DNA of 63,961 nucleotides, the filler included, from an uncultured bacterium (GTDB lineage: Bacteria > CAYJRR01), in assembly GCA_964372275.1 (NCBI GenBank). It is 3 parts of 3 records of this genome, joined end to end, with 100 filler letters (N's around TTAATTAATTAA, not from the genome) between each part and the next. Parts side by side here need not be neighbours in the genome. Positions count along the whole stretch, not along the records: positions 30,309 to 60,128 come from CAYJRR010000054.1; 2 more parts are not named here. The stretch is one strand, 5' to 3'. Positions 37,003-45,662 of this stretch are shown one piece after another (positions within the stretch are counted from its first letter, which is position 1; the number at the start of each line of letters is the position of its first letter). The position numbers and the translations under genes were made by a program. The notes beneath the pieces are model-generated. The model did no database searches, had not been told where the DNA came from, and saw only the letters and a program-made list of their open reading frames with translations.

Positions 37003-37665
37003 ATGACGAACCTGCCGGGATGTCGTCCCGACGACGCGTGCGACACCGGCGGCGGCGATGTCGATCCCGCCGCCTGGAGCGACGAAGAGCTGGTCCGGCG
37101 GATCGCCGGCGGCGCGCGTCGCGCCGCTCGCGCCTCGCTGCGAGCGGCAGGCGGGCCGCGCGCGCTCGCGGGATGGACGATCGCCGAGCTGTCGTCCGTT
37201 CCGGGCCTCGGCGCCCAACGGGCCGCGCGTCTCGCGGCGGCGTTCGAGCTGGGCCGCCGCGCGGCGTTCGCCCGCCTTCCGCGCGGGGCGACGCTCGACC
37301 GTTCGGAGGCGGTCTACCGCCACTTCGCCGGGCGGCTGCGCGATCGGAGAATCGAGACCTTCGTCGTGGCGCTGCTCGACGTGCAGAACCGCCTTCTCCG
37401 GGACGAGACGATCTCGGTCGGTTGCCTGTCGACGACCGTGGTCCATCCGCGCGAGGCGTTCGGCGCCGCGATCCGGGAGCCGGCGCACGCCGTCGCCTTC
37501 GTCCACAACCATCCGAGCGGGCGGTCCGAGCCGTCGGCCGAAGACCTCTCGCTCACGCGCAGGCTCGTCGCCGCCGGGGACCTGCTCGGGATCCGCGTCC
37601 TCGACCACGTGATCGTCGGCGACGGCGAGTGGTACTCGTTCGCCGACGAGGGTCGGCTGCGATGA
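37003..37665 (+). CDS. radC: RadC/JAB-domain protein
   Basis: HhH-like VPGLGAQRA, VHPREAF, HNHPSG..EPSAED, LDHVIVG. Confidence 0.93.
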   Translation: MTNLPGCRPDDACDTGGGDVDPAAWSDEELVRRIAGGARRAARASLRAAGGPRALAGWTIAELSSVPGLGAQRAARLAAAFELGRRAAFARLPRGATLDRSEAVYRHFAGRLRDRRIETFVVALLDVQNRLLRDETISVGCLSTTVVHPREAFGAAIREPAHAVAFVHNHPSGRSEPSAEDLSLTRRLVAAGDLLGIRVLDHVIVGDGEWYSFADEGRLR

Positions 37666-37668
37666 TCG

Positions 37669-38256
37669 TCAGGGCTTTGTCGGGGCCGATCCCTTTGCCC
37701 CCGTGCCGCCCGACGGAGCCGTCGGCTTCCCGCCGCCGCCCGCCGGGGCGGTCGACTTGGGCGGGGGGGGCGGCGCCGGGGTGACCGGTTTGGCCGGCGC
37801 CGTCGCCGCCGCGGGGGCGCCGGCGGCGGCCGCGCGCGCCGCGGCGAGGGAGTTCAGGTAGGCGATCACCTGCCATCGCTCGATCTCGGGCATTGCCTCG
37901 GCCATCGACGCCATCCCGGTGCCGTCGACACCGTTGGTCACGACCCAGAACGCCAGTCCGTCCGCGACGGACAGCTTGTTGTCGACGATCAGCGGCTTCG
38001 GCGGCGGCTTGATGAACTGCGCCGCCGGCCCGTCCCCCTGCGCGGTCGGTCCGTGGCAGGGAAGGCAGACGTTGGTGTAGGTCACTTGCCCGGCAGCGAT
38101 CGTCTCCGGCGTCGCCGGCAGCGGATTCTTCTTCGCCGCCTGGTCCGGTGGAACCTTGCCGAGCCACGGACGCAGCGGCTGCGCCGATACGCCCCACGCG
38201 ATGCACAACGACGAAACGACTCCGCCGATCGCCAGCGTCGATACGAGCCTGCCCAC
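37669..38256 (-). CDS. Monoheme cytochrome c, exported
   Basis: Signal peptide, KNPLP, CLPCHG, GDGPAA, GMASM, RWQVIAYL; Pro/Ala tail. Confidence 0.9.
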   Translation of the reverse strand: MGRLVSTLAIGGVVSSLCIAWGVSAQPLRPWLGKVPPDQAAKKNPLPATPETIAAGQVTYTNVCLPCHGPTAQGDGPAAQFIKPPPKPLIVDNKLSVADGLAFWVVTNGVDGTGMASMAEAMPEIERWQVIAYLNSLAAARAAAAGAPAAATAPAKPVTPAPPPPPKSTAPAGGGGKPTAPSGGTGAKGSAPTKP

Positions 38257-38388
38257 GCTCCCTCCGTCCTGGATGCCGAGGATGCGAACGGACGCCCCGC
38301 TCCTCAGACGGGCGGCCTCCCCCCGGTATTCGCCGGAATTCTACCGCGCCCATTCCGCGGACGTCAGTGGACTCGCGAACTGTGTGAA

Positions 38389-38423
38389 TCGGCCGGCCTT
38401 TGCGCTTCCCAGGGCCTCCCCGA
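38389..38423 (-). repeat. Diverged minus-strand copy of the REP-like element
   Basis: TCGGGGAGGCCCTGGGAAGCGCAAAGGCCGGCCGA. Confidence 0.5.
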
Positions 38424-38432
38424 CTCCTTTCC

Positions 38433-39035
38433 TCAAGGAGTGGACGGCCGCGAGGGGGACGCCGGACGGGCGCTGGTCGGCACGTCCTGGGGGCGCTTCA
38501 CCTCGGCCGCGCCGGCAATCCCGGCGAGCCCGTCCGGCAGGTTCGAAACCGGAACGGCCGATCGCGCCGGTCCGGTCTCGCCCGCGCTCGCGCCGGAGAC
38601 GGCGAGGCCGAAACGACCGGCGAGCCGTGCGAGGACCACGTCGTCGCCGGCGCCGCGCTCGAGGAGATGCGCCGCCAGCCCTTCGATCTCCCGCGCGGTG
38701 TCGCAGCCGCACTCGGTCACCGCCATCGCTTCGCATCCGCCGCACGGACAGTTCCGCCCGGCCAGCAGGCGCGCGGCGCGCTCGTGTCCATCCGGTCCGT
38801 GCGGCGGGACGTCGACCTTCCCGGTGAAGGTATGCCCACGCGGCCGTCCATGCGAGGGGGCGGCGCCGCCGCGCTCGGGGGACTGCGCCCGAATCTCGCC
38901 CGGCGCGTCCCGCCCCCCCCCGCGTCGGACCGATTCGCTCCCGACGACGAAGCCGGCACCGAATCCGGTGATCAGGAGAAGCGCACCGGTCAGGACGTAC
39001 AGCGTGCGCGGGTCGAACGGAGCCGGCGTCGTCAG
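38433..39035 (-). CDS. Membrane-anchored CcmH/NrfF-like Cys-rich protein (probable CTG start)
   Basis: TM helix, NCPCGGC...ECGCDTAREI...GAGDDVVLARLAGRFG; no canonical start codon near the TM. Confidence 0.6.
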   Translation of the reverse strand: MTTPAPFDPRTLYVLTGALLLITGFGAGFVVGSESVRRGGGRDAPGEIRAQSPERGGAAPSHGRPRGHTFTGKVDVPPHGPDGHERAARLLAGRNCPCGGCEAMAVTECGCDTAREIEGLAAHLLERGAGDDVVLARLAGRFGLAVSGASAGETGPARSAVPVSNLPDGLAGIAGAAEVKRPQDVPTSARPASPSRPSTP

Positions 39036-40450
39036 AAGCCGACCCCCAGACCGACGTGCCAGAGGTTCGGCGGATTCCCGATCCCGGCGTCGTTCCAGCT
39101 GTAGTCCGCCTTGAATGCCACTTGCGGGTGGCACTTCACGGTCACGCCGGCGGTGATCGCCCGCGTGTCGTAGGCGCCGTTGGGATCGAAGCCGTCGGCC
39201 ATCGACATCTGGGTGTTGGCGTGGTCGTAGCGCACGAACGGCCAGATCTCGGCGCCGCCGAGCGCCGGCACGCGCACGAACGCCAGCGGATCGACCGCCA
39301 ATTCGACGTAGTAGCCCTCGATCCCCGAGCCGATGGAGTCGGTGGTGTCCTCGAGCGCCGGCGCGAGGCGGTCGATCTCGGTGATGTTCCCCCGCACCCA
39401 CTGACCGCGGGCCATCAGCCCCTTCCGCTCGAGATGGGCATCGGCCTCGATCAGCTTCAATCCGACGCCGGACAGTCCGGCCCGGTCGTGCCCGATCGCG
39501 CCGTCGTAGGTCGACAGGCCGACCTGGATGCCGCCCTTGAGGGCGTAGTCGACGCGCACCGCGAGCGCGACGTCGTTCATCACCGCCTGATTGCCGCCGC
39601 CGCGCGCGGCGCGGAGCCCCTCGCTGCCGCTGAGCTTCGTTCCGTCGAGACCGTTCACCAGGGCGACCTGGTATCGGAGCCCCTTCACCGGCTCGCCGAA
39701 AACGCTCACGCCCCCTTCGCGCCAGGTGGTCGGGACGATGAAGCGATCGACCGACGTGCGCACCGCGCCGTGGTAGGTCGGCGGCTCCCTCCATTCGTTC
39801 ACGAGTCCGACCGGCACGATCAGCAGGCCGGCGCGCACCCCGAAGAAGCGACAGCAGCTCCACTCGGCGTACGCGTGCTCGACCGAGACCGTCTCGCCTC
39901 CGTTCTCGATCTCCACGCCGGAAAAAAAGGCGGTGCGGCCGTCGAAGCGATGCCCGCCCATCAGGACGACGCGACGCGCGTCGAACGCGTTCGAGTTCGC
40001 GCGGCCGTTCACCCCCTCGAAGTCGACTTCGGCGAAGCCGCCGGGGCGGAGTCGCCGCCCGGTGCCCGGGCCGACGGCCGGCGCCGCGTGCCCGCAGCAG
40101 CCGGCCGACTTCCCGCCGTGCGCACAGTCCTTCTTCGCGCCGTGCGCACAGTCCTTCTTCGCGCCGCGCGCACAGTCCTTCTTCGCGCCGTGCGGACAGG
40201 CCTTCCCCTCCGCGCCGTGCGGGCAGGCATGCCCCTCCGCGCCGTGATCGCCGGACGCCGCTTTGTGCGGGCATCCGGTGGCGTCCGGCGCCGGCGTCGC
40301 GTCGGGGGTGGGACTCGTCTCCGGTGTCGCCGTCGCGTCGGGCGCCGGCGGCTCCTGCGCGCGCACGGACGACGCGGCGAACAGGAGCGAGACGGCGGCC
40401 AGGGCACCGCACCACGAGGCGAATCGGCGGCGGGTCGTCGGCGTGCGCAA
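39032..40450 (-). CDS. Outer-membrane porin-like protein with Cys/His-rich N-terminal repeats
   Basis: GAGGAGG RBS + TTG, signal VRA/Q, EIENGG, VEHAYAE, VPVGLVNEWREPPTYHG, IVPTTWRE, C-terminal GVGF. Confidence 0.8.
   Translation of the reverse strand: MRTPTTRRRFASWCGALAAVSLLFAASSVRAQEPPAPDATATPETSPTPDATPAPDATGCPHKAASGDHGAEGHACPHGAEGKACPHGAKKDCARGAKKDCAHGAKKDCAHGGKSAGCCGHAAPAVGPGTGRRLRPGGFAEVDFEGVNGRANSNAFDARRVVLMGGHRFDGRTAFFSGVEIENGGETVSVEHAYAEWSCCRFFGVRAGLLIVPVGLVNEWREPPTYHGAVRTSVDRFIVPTTWREGGVSVFGEPVKGLRYQVALVNGLDGTKLSGSEGLRAARGGGNQAVMNDVALAVRVDYALKGGIQVGLSTYDGAIGHDRAGLSGVGLKLIEADAHLERKGLMARGQWVRGNITEIDRLAPALEDTTDSIGSGIEGYYVELAVDPLAFVRVPALGGAEIWPFVRYDHANTQMSMADGFDPNGAYDTRAITAGVTVKCHPQVAFKADYSWNDAGIGNPPNLWHVGLGVGF
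40115..40246 (-). repeat. Coding tandem repeat: 3 x 24 nt (GAKKDCAH/R) plus 2 x 27 nt (HGAEGxACP)
   Basis: GCCG(T/C)GCGCACAGTCCTTCTTCGC repeated three times, then related units. Confidence 0.9.
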
Positions 40451-40469
40451 AGGTTCCTCCTCGGAATCG

Positions 40470-40527
40470 AAAATTGAGCGATTTTGAAGACTTGTGGACC
40501 GTACTCCCGCCCCTCGACACACGTCAA
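40470..40527 (-). promoter_or_regulatory. Internal sigma-70 promoter with downstream AT-rich palindrome
   Basis: Minus strand TTGACG-N18-TACGGT; AAAATTG-AG-CGATTTT at 40470-40485. Confidence 0.55.
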
Positions 40528-40543
40528 GCACCCGGTATAGGGG

Positions 40544-40619
40544 CACGGGGAGGCCCCGACGAAGCCCGAAGGGCGGACCGACACGGGGAGGCCCCGACGA
40601 AGCCCGAAGGGCGGACCGA
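40544..40619 (+). repeat. Two tandem copies of the 38-nt REP-like element
   Basis: CACGGGGAGGCCCCGACGAAGCCCGAAGGGCGGACCGA x2. Confidence 0.9.
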
Positions 40620-40634
40620 CCCGGGGTGGACCCT

Positions 40635-42005
40635 TCAGAAGGAGACGGTCGCCGAAAGGACGGCGCGGTCGTCGTCGATCGGATTCGCGCCCCCTTCCGT
40701 GCGGAACTCGTATTCGGCGCGCACCACGAACCCTTCGTGCGGGCGCAGCGCGAGGCCCAACCCCAGGCGCTCGCGACGCGAAAGCTCGTCGGGATCGTCG
40801 GTGACCGTCTCGTCGTCGTTCGCCTTGTCGGTGTCGACGAAGGCGTAGCGTGCGGTGAGACCCAACGTCGCCGATCCGAACGGCTCGGGAAACCACCGCG
40901 CCAGCGGAACGGCGAGCAACCGCCAGGTGAGCTGCCCGCTCCCGCCGAACAGCTGTCGGGGAATCTCGTCCCCTTCCGGTCCGACGCCGCCGTCGGTGAC
41001 GGCGACGATCCCCTCCCCTTCGAATCGCATCGGTCCGACGTCGAGGGTTCCGTCGAGCGCACCGACCGACAGCCGCCGCCCGCCGCCGGGGGAGTAGCTC
41101 CCGGAGTAGGCGCCGGCGCCGACCTCGACCGATCCGGCGGGGCGCACGGCGATCCGCGCGGCGATCGCCTTGTCGTTGTTCTCGTCGGCCCCCGGCGGTT
41201 GGCGCGCGCCGGCCAGCCCGGTCCGGGCATCGACGCCGTCGGACGGACCCGACACGACGTAGACCTGCGCCGCGAGCTCGACCGCGCCGAGACGCGCCGC
41301 TCCGACGATCCCTCCGCCGACGTCGACCCACGGCGCCGGCGCCACCACCAGCTCCGGCGCCGAACGGATCAAGAGATCGCGCGCCCCTTCGTCCGCCGCG
41401 CGGTTGGAACGCCCGATCGGGATCGCGATCAGTCCGGCGCGCAACGAGAGCCGCTCGGGGATCACGTCGACGTCGGCCGCCGCGTACTGCAGGAACGGAT
41501 CGCCTCGGCCGGGAAGCCCCCACGAACCGTCGACGTACTCGGCGCCGCCGCCGAGGAACGTCGCTTCCCCGGAGAATCGGACACGCGGCGCGAGCGGCGC
41601 GAAGGCGAACAGCCCCACGCGGGGAAGGACGAACTGGCCGGGGAACTGCTCGGAGATGGCGGTGGCGACGGTGGCGACGCCCCCCCACCGCACGGCGCCG
41701 GCGGCGCGCTGCTCCAGATCGGTGGTGCGCGTCCCGAGGTGTCCGCCCGCCGCCGCCTCGCCGGCGTCGAGCCGCTCCCGGAGGCGTTTCACCTCGTCCT
41801 GGAGCCGCTCGATCTCGAGCACGAGATCGTCCGAGATCGGCTCGCGCGTCTCGTCGACGAGCTCGGGCGGCAGCGGAAGGTCGGTCCGGTCGTCGTCCGG
41901 CTCGCCGTCGGCGGTGGGCTCGGTGTCCTGGGCGCCCGCGATGGAGGGCGCCGACAGCAACGACATCGCAAGCATCAGGCGCCACGTCCACGTCTTCGCG
42001 ATCAC
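40635..42005 (-). CDS. Outer-membrane porin-like protein
   Basis: Signal AGA/Q, coiled coil, LQYAAAD, RAGLIAIPIGRSN, DENNDKAIAAR, C-terminal TVSF. Confidence 0.8.
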   Translation of the reverse strand: MIAKTWTWRLMLAMSLLSAPSIAGAQDTEPTADGEPDDDRTDLPLPPELVDETREPISDDLVLEIERLQDEVKRLRERLDAGEAAAGGHLGTRTTDLEQRAAGAVRWGGVATVATAISEQFPGQFVLPRVGLFAFAPLAPRVRFSGEATFLGGGAEYVDGSWGLPGRGDPFLQYAAADVDVIPERLSLRAGLIAIPIGRSNRAADEGARDLLIRSAPELVVAPAPWVDVGGGIVGAARLGAVELAAQVYVVSGPSDGVDARTGLAGARQPPGADENNDKAIAARIAVRPAGSVEVGAGAYSGSYSPGGGRRLSVGALDGTLDVGPMRFEGEGIVAVTDGGVGPEGDEIPRQLFGGSGQLTWRLLAVPLARWFPEPFGSATLGLTARYAFVDTDKANDDETVTDDPDELSRRERLGLGLALRPHEGFVVRAEYEFRTEGGANPIDDDRAVLSATVSF

Positions 42006-42415
42006 GTTCCCCCCAGGGAGCGAAGATAGCGCAGAATCGCCCACCGCTCTTCCTCGGTGAGCGAGCCTTCGAACGCCGGCATCGCGGTGCCGGATCGGCC
42101 GACGGAGATCCGCCAGAAGAGGAAGGCATCGCCATGGCGCGCGAGACGCCCTCCGTCGTGGAGGTCGGCCGGCGGCGGATCGAGACCGCGCGACGCCGGC
42201 CCACGTCCGTCGGCGCCGACGCCGTGGCAGACGGCGCAGCTCGCCTCGAACAGGCGCCTCCCACGTTCGCGCGTCGATGCGTCGTCGGGCAGCGGGTTCT
42301 TCCGACCCGTCCAGCTCGCCGGCAGCTCGCCGTCCTCGAGCGGAGGCGAAGGCCGGCACGAGGAGAGCGCCAACGCGGCGGCAACCGCGCACGCGACGGC
42401 GGAGGCGACCCGCAT
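42002..42415 (-). CDS. Monoheme cytochrome c lipoprotein
   Basis: Lipobox LSSC, KNPLP, CAVCHG, PPPADL, GTAMPAF, RWAILRYL. Confidence 0.92.
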   Translation of the reverse strand: MRVASAVACAVAAALALSSCRPSPPLEDGELPASWTGRKNPLPDDASTRERGRRLFEASCAVCHGVGADGRGPASRGLDPPPADLHDGGRLARHGDAFLFWRISVGRSGTAMPAFEGSLTEEERWAILRYLRSLGGT

Positions 42416-42418
42416 CGT

Positions 42419-44689
42419 CTAGGGTCCGGCGACGGGACCGGCGCTCGCGGCCGAGGGGCCGGGCGAATCCCCCGGGGAACGCGAAGCGCGGGACGGCCGG
42501 AGCGTCCAGACCAAGCCGACGACGACGGCCGACGCGAGCGCCGCCTGCAGCAGCGTCGTCTCCAGCGTCGGCCGGATCCCCAGCCAGGCGCGTAGCGGCT
42601 TGAGATCGGGGACCCAGGCGGCCGCGGAGACCGGAATCCAGCCGGCCTCCTGGAGCTCGTGGATGCCGTCGCCGGCGAACTTGAACGCCAGGAGATAGAG
42701 CAACGCGCCGCTCACGGCGAAGAAGGGGCGCACCGGGAGCTTCGCGCCGCCGACGACCGAGACGACGTAGATCACCGCCAGCGCCACGGCCGCGACGACG
42801 AAGCCGCTCGCGATCGGGACGAGCCCGCCGGGGGTCGAGGCGAGGAGACCCGCGTAGAAAAGGACCGTCTCCGCCCCTTCGCGAAAGACCACCAGGAACG
42901 CGAGCATCGCCACGGCCGTCCGGCGCTCGCCGGTGAGCGCCCCTTCCAGCTGCGTCTTCACGAACTGCGCCCAGCGCCGACCTTCGACCCGGGAGACGAG
43001 CCAGAACGACGTGACGAACAGGACCGCGACGGCCAGGAGCAGCGTCACCCCTTCGAACGCCTCCCGCGCCTCCGGCCCGATGCTCCGGAACAACCAGAGG
43101 CTCGACAGTCCGAGCAGGATCGACGCCGCCAGCGCCGCCGAGGCGCCGCCCGCCAGGGCGCGCATCCCGTCCCTCTTCCCGGTCCGGCGCAGGATCGCCG
43201 CCACCAGCCCCAGGATGAGGATCGCCTCGAACCCTTCGCGAAGGAGCAGCAGGAAGGAGGCGACGAACGGACGGCCGAAAGAGGCGTCGGTAGCGGGTGG
43301 CGCGGTCGCCACGCGGGAACCGACGTCGCGAAGGCGACCCGCCAGGCTCGCGATCTCCCGGCCGATCGCCTCCGGGGATTCGCCGGCGTTCATCCGCGCG
43401 CGCACGCCGATCCACGCGTGCTCGATCTCCTCGTACGCCTCCTTGTCCGAGACGCGCAGCGCCGCGTCGACCGCGCTCCCCTCGAAGTCGAGGAACGACT
43501 CGGCGACCTCCGAGACCGCCTGCGTGCGCTCGCCGGCGGCGTAACGCGACGAGGCCCGTTCCAGCCGCTCCGCGAAACTGCGCGCCTGTTCGGCGGGGGA
43601 AGTCGCGCCGGTCTCCTTCTGCGAGAACGGGAAGTGCACCACCATCTTCCCTTCGGGGATCACGATCGCCCCGTCCCCCCAGCCGGGCTGCGGGGGCGGC
43701 TCGACGAGCGTGGTGACGGTCCAGTCCCCGGCGGGGATCTTCGCGGTGACGCCGTAGTGCTGGAACTCGGCGAGCAACGGCTGCAACGCGAGGTCGAACG
43801 ACTCCTCCGGCGCGTCGGGGCGGAGTCGCCGCCGGACCCGCATCGTCACCGACGCGCTCGGGACGGTGAGGCCGCTCGGCTCGTGGATCACGATCGCTTC
43901 GAAGTGATGGGTATCGCCGTCGGCGACCGCGCGGCACTCGGGTGGGTGCCCCTCCCCCTTCCACAGCCAGATCGGCTCCGGCCCTTCGGCGACGAAGCCG
44001 ACCAGGAACTCCCCCTGCCGGACGATCCGGCGCGCCTCGCCGATCGCGAGGCGCAGATCGCTGCCACGCTCGTAGTCGGCGGGGAGCGGCGCCGGCCGCA
44101 CCGCCCCCTTCACCGCGTAGGCCGGCGTCCCCGGGCGACGCGACCCGCGCGCCGGTTCGACCTCGAATCGAACGACCGCCTCGCCGGTGAAGCTTCCGAG
44201 CATCTCGGCGTGGCGGTGGTAGGCCGGGGGTCCAATCCGCACGGTGATCCCGACGAGCCCTTTCGGCCCGGGCGCGGGGAGGCGGAAGTTGTCGCCGTAG
44301 ACCGGATAGGGGCCGACCCGCTCCTCGAGGTCGACCTCGCCGCCGCCCTCGTGCTCGAGATTGACGCGGACGCGCGCGGCGGGAAGGAACCGCTTGGTGC
44401 GCGCCTCGCGAAGCACGACGCCGACGAAGGTGAGCGCGGGATCGGGGGGCATCGGGTCGAGGAACCGGCGCCCGGCGGTCCGGGGACGGAACGGCTGCGC
44501 GGGACCGAGCACCAGGCCGACGCGGTAGCCGTCCTTCTCGATCTCGGAGGCGATCCCGGCCTCGACCCGCGCGTCGGTCGCGGCGAGGTTGGCCACCAGC
44601 GTCCGGGCCAACGCGTCGGTGTCGGAGACGGCGTCGGCCGCGGCCGGCGACGACGCCAGGACGATCGCCGCGACGAGGGCGGCGGTCAT
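42419..44689 (-). CDS. FTR1/EfeU-family iron permease fused to two P19/FetP-like periplasmic domains
   Basis: Signal peptide; YGDNFRLP...PPAYHRH; THHFEA...VP...QHYG; helical domain; two RExxE motifs (REGFE, REGAE) in a 7-TM domain. Confidence 0.88.
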   Translation of the reverse strand: MTAALVAAIVLASSPAAADAVSDTDALARTLVANLAATDARVEAGIASEIEKDGYRVGLVLGPAQPFRPRTAGRRFLDPMPPDPALTFVGVVLREARTKRFLPAARVRVNLEHEGGGEVDLEERVGPYPVYGDNFRLPAPGPKGLVGITVRIGPPAYHRHAEMLGSFTGEAVVRFEVEPARGSRRPGTPAYAVKGAVRPAPLPADYERGSDLRLAIGEARRIVRQGEFLVGFVAEGPEPIWLWKGEGHPPECRAVADGDTHHFEAIVIHEPSGLTVPSASVTMRVRRRLRPDAPEESFDLALQPLLAEFQHYGVTAKIPAGDWTVTTLVEPPPQPGWGDGAIVIPEGKMVVHFPFSQKETGATSPAEQARSFAERLERASSRYAAGERTQAVSEVAESFLDFEGSAVDAALRVSDKEAYEEIEHAWIGVRARMNAGESPEAIGREIASLAGRLRDVGSRVATAPPATDASFGRPFVASFLLLLREGFEAILILGLVAAILRRTGKRDGMRALAGGASAALAASILLGLSSLWLFRSIGPEAREAFEGVTLLLAVAVLFVTSFWLVSRVEGRRWAQFVKTQLEGALTGERRTAVAMLAFLVVFREGAETVLFYAGLLASTPGGLVPIASGFVVAAVALAVIYVVSVVGGAKLPVRPFFAVSGALLYLLAFKFAGDGIHELQEAGWIPVSAAAWVPDLKPLRAWLGIRPTLETTLLQAALASAVVVGLVWTLRPSRASRSPGDSPGPSAASAGPVAGP

Positions 44690-45180
44690 GGCCGCCTCCC
44701 GGCGCGGGCGACCTTGGAGGCGTGACCGGCGGAGCACTCGGCGCACGTCCCGTAGATCTCGTGCTTGTGGCTGAGAACGGTGAACCCGTGACGCGCGGCG
44801 ATCCGGTCCTGCCGCGCCTCGATCTCCGAGTCCTCGAACTCGACGATCTTCCCGCAGGCGTTGCAGATCAGGTGGTCGTGGTGCTCCCCTTCGTGCATCG
44901 GTTCGTAACGGGCGACGCCATCGCCGAAGTGTCGCTCCGACACCAGGCCGCACTCCTTGAGGAGCTTCATCGTCCGGTAGACGGTGGAGAAGCCGACCTT
45001 GGCGTCCTTCCGGCGGGCCTTGCGATAGATGTCTTCGACGCCGATGTGCCCCTCGGCGTCGAGCACCGTGCGGGCGATCAGGTCCCGCTGGCGCGTCGCC
45101 TTCAGCCCCTTTCCCGACAGGTATCGGGCGAGCGTGTCGAGCTTGCGTTCCACGTCGGCGGACACCCGGCCGGAGGTCAT
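44686..45180 (-). CDS. fur: Ferric uptake regulator family protein
   Basis: KATRQR, STVYRTMKLL, HHDHLICNACG, YGTCAEC; ATGA-coupled to the permease. Confidence 0.9.
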   Translation of the reverse strand: MTSGRVSADVERKLDTLARYLSGKGLKATRQRDLIARTVLDAEGHIGVEDIYRKARRKDAKVGFSTVYRTMKLLKECGLVSERHFGDGVARYEPMHEGEHHDHLICNACGKIVEFEDSEIEARQDRIAARHGFTVLSHKHEIYGTCAECSAGHASKVARAGRRP

Positions 45181-45194
45181 CGGCGCTCCATTTT

Positions 45195-45249
45195 GACGCT
45201 GATTTTCATTTTCAAAACCAGGCTAGCGGCCCGGCGCCGGCGGTGTCAA
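45195..45249 (-). promoter_or_regulatory. fur operon promoter with Fur box at the transcription start
   Basis: TTGACA-N18-TAGCCT, then GAAAATGAAAATCAGCGTC (45213-45195), a 14/19 match to GATAATGATAATCATTATC. Confidence 0.8.
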
Positions 45250-45650
45250 GGGCGCTCGAGGAAGAAGCGGAGCCGGTCCTCGATCGCGCGCACCCGGGCG
45301 AACAGTCCCCCGACGCTCAACCGCGCTTCGAACCGTCCACCGGCGATGCGGCCGTCGACGCGGATGCGGGGCAAAAGACGCGGCACGAGCAGGCCGAGCG
45401 AAATCGCCGCCGCGATCCCGAGCATGCGGGAGCCGTCCGCGGCATCGACGGACCAGACGGCGGACGCGCCGAACGCCGCCCCGAGAAGCGCCGCGCCAAG
45501 CCCCGGGACGCGGGCGGCGGCGAACCGGATCGCCCCTTCCTCTTCGACCACCTCCGCCTTGAGCCCGAGGGCACGGAAGGTCGCTCGCAGCCCTTCCGCA
45601 CGGAAGAGGATCCCCGTTCCGACGCTCCATGCGACCCGGCGTTCGCGCAC
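45246..45650 (-). CDS. Hypothetical membrane protein
   Basis: Two hydrophobic helices; fills the gap after the ABC operon. Confidence 0.5.
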   Translation of the reverse strand: MRERRVAWSVGTGILFRAEGLRATFRALGLKAEVVEEEGAIRFAAARVPGLGAALLGAAFGASAVWSVDAADGSRMLGIAAAISLGLLVPRLLPRIRVDGRIAGGRFEARLSVGGLFARVRAIEDRLRFFLERP

Positions 45651-45662
45651 CGCGCGACGATA

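Noticed and set aside
37003-37665. radC as a marker of a mobile element
   Set aside because: It is the HhH-containing chromosomal type, with no integrase, att site or composition shift.
40115-40246. 24-nt repeats as a non-coding array
   Set aside because: They are in-frame coding repeats of the porin N-terminus.
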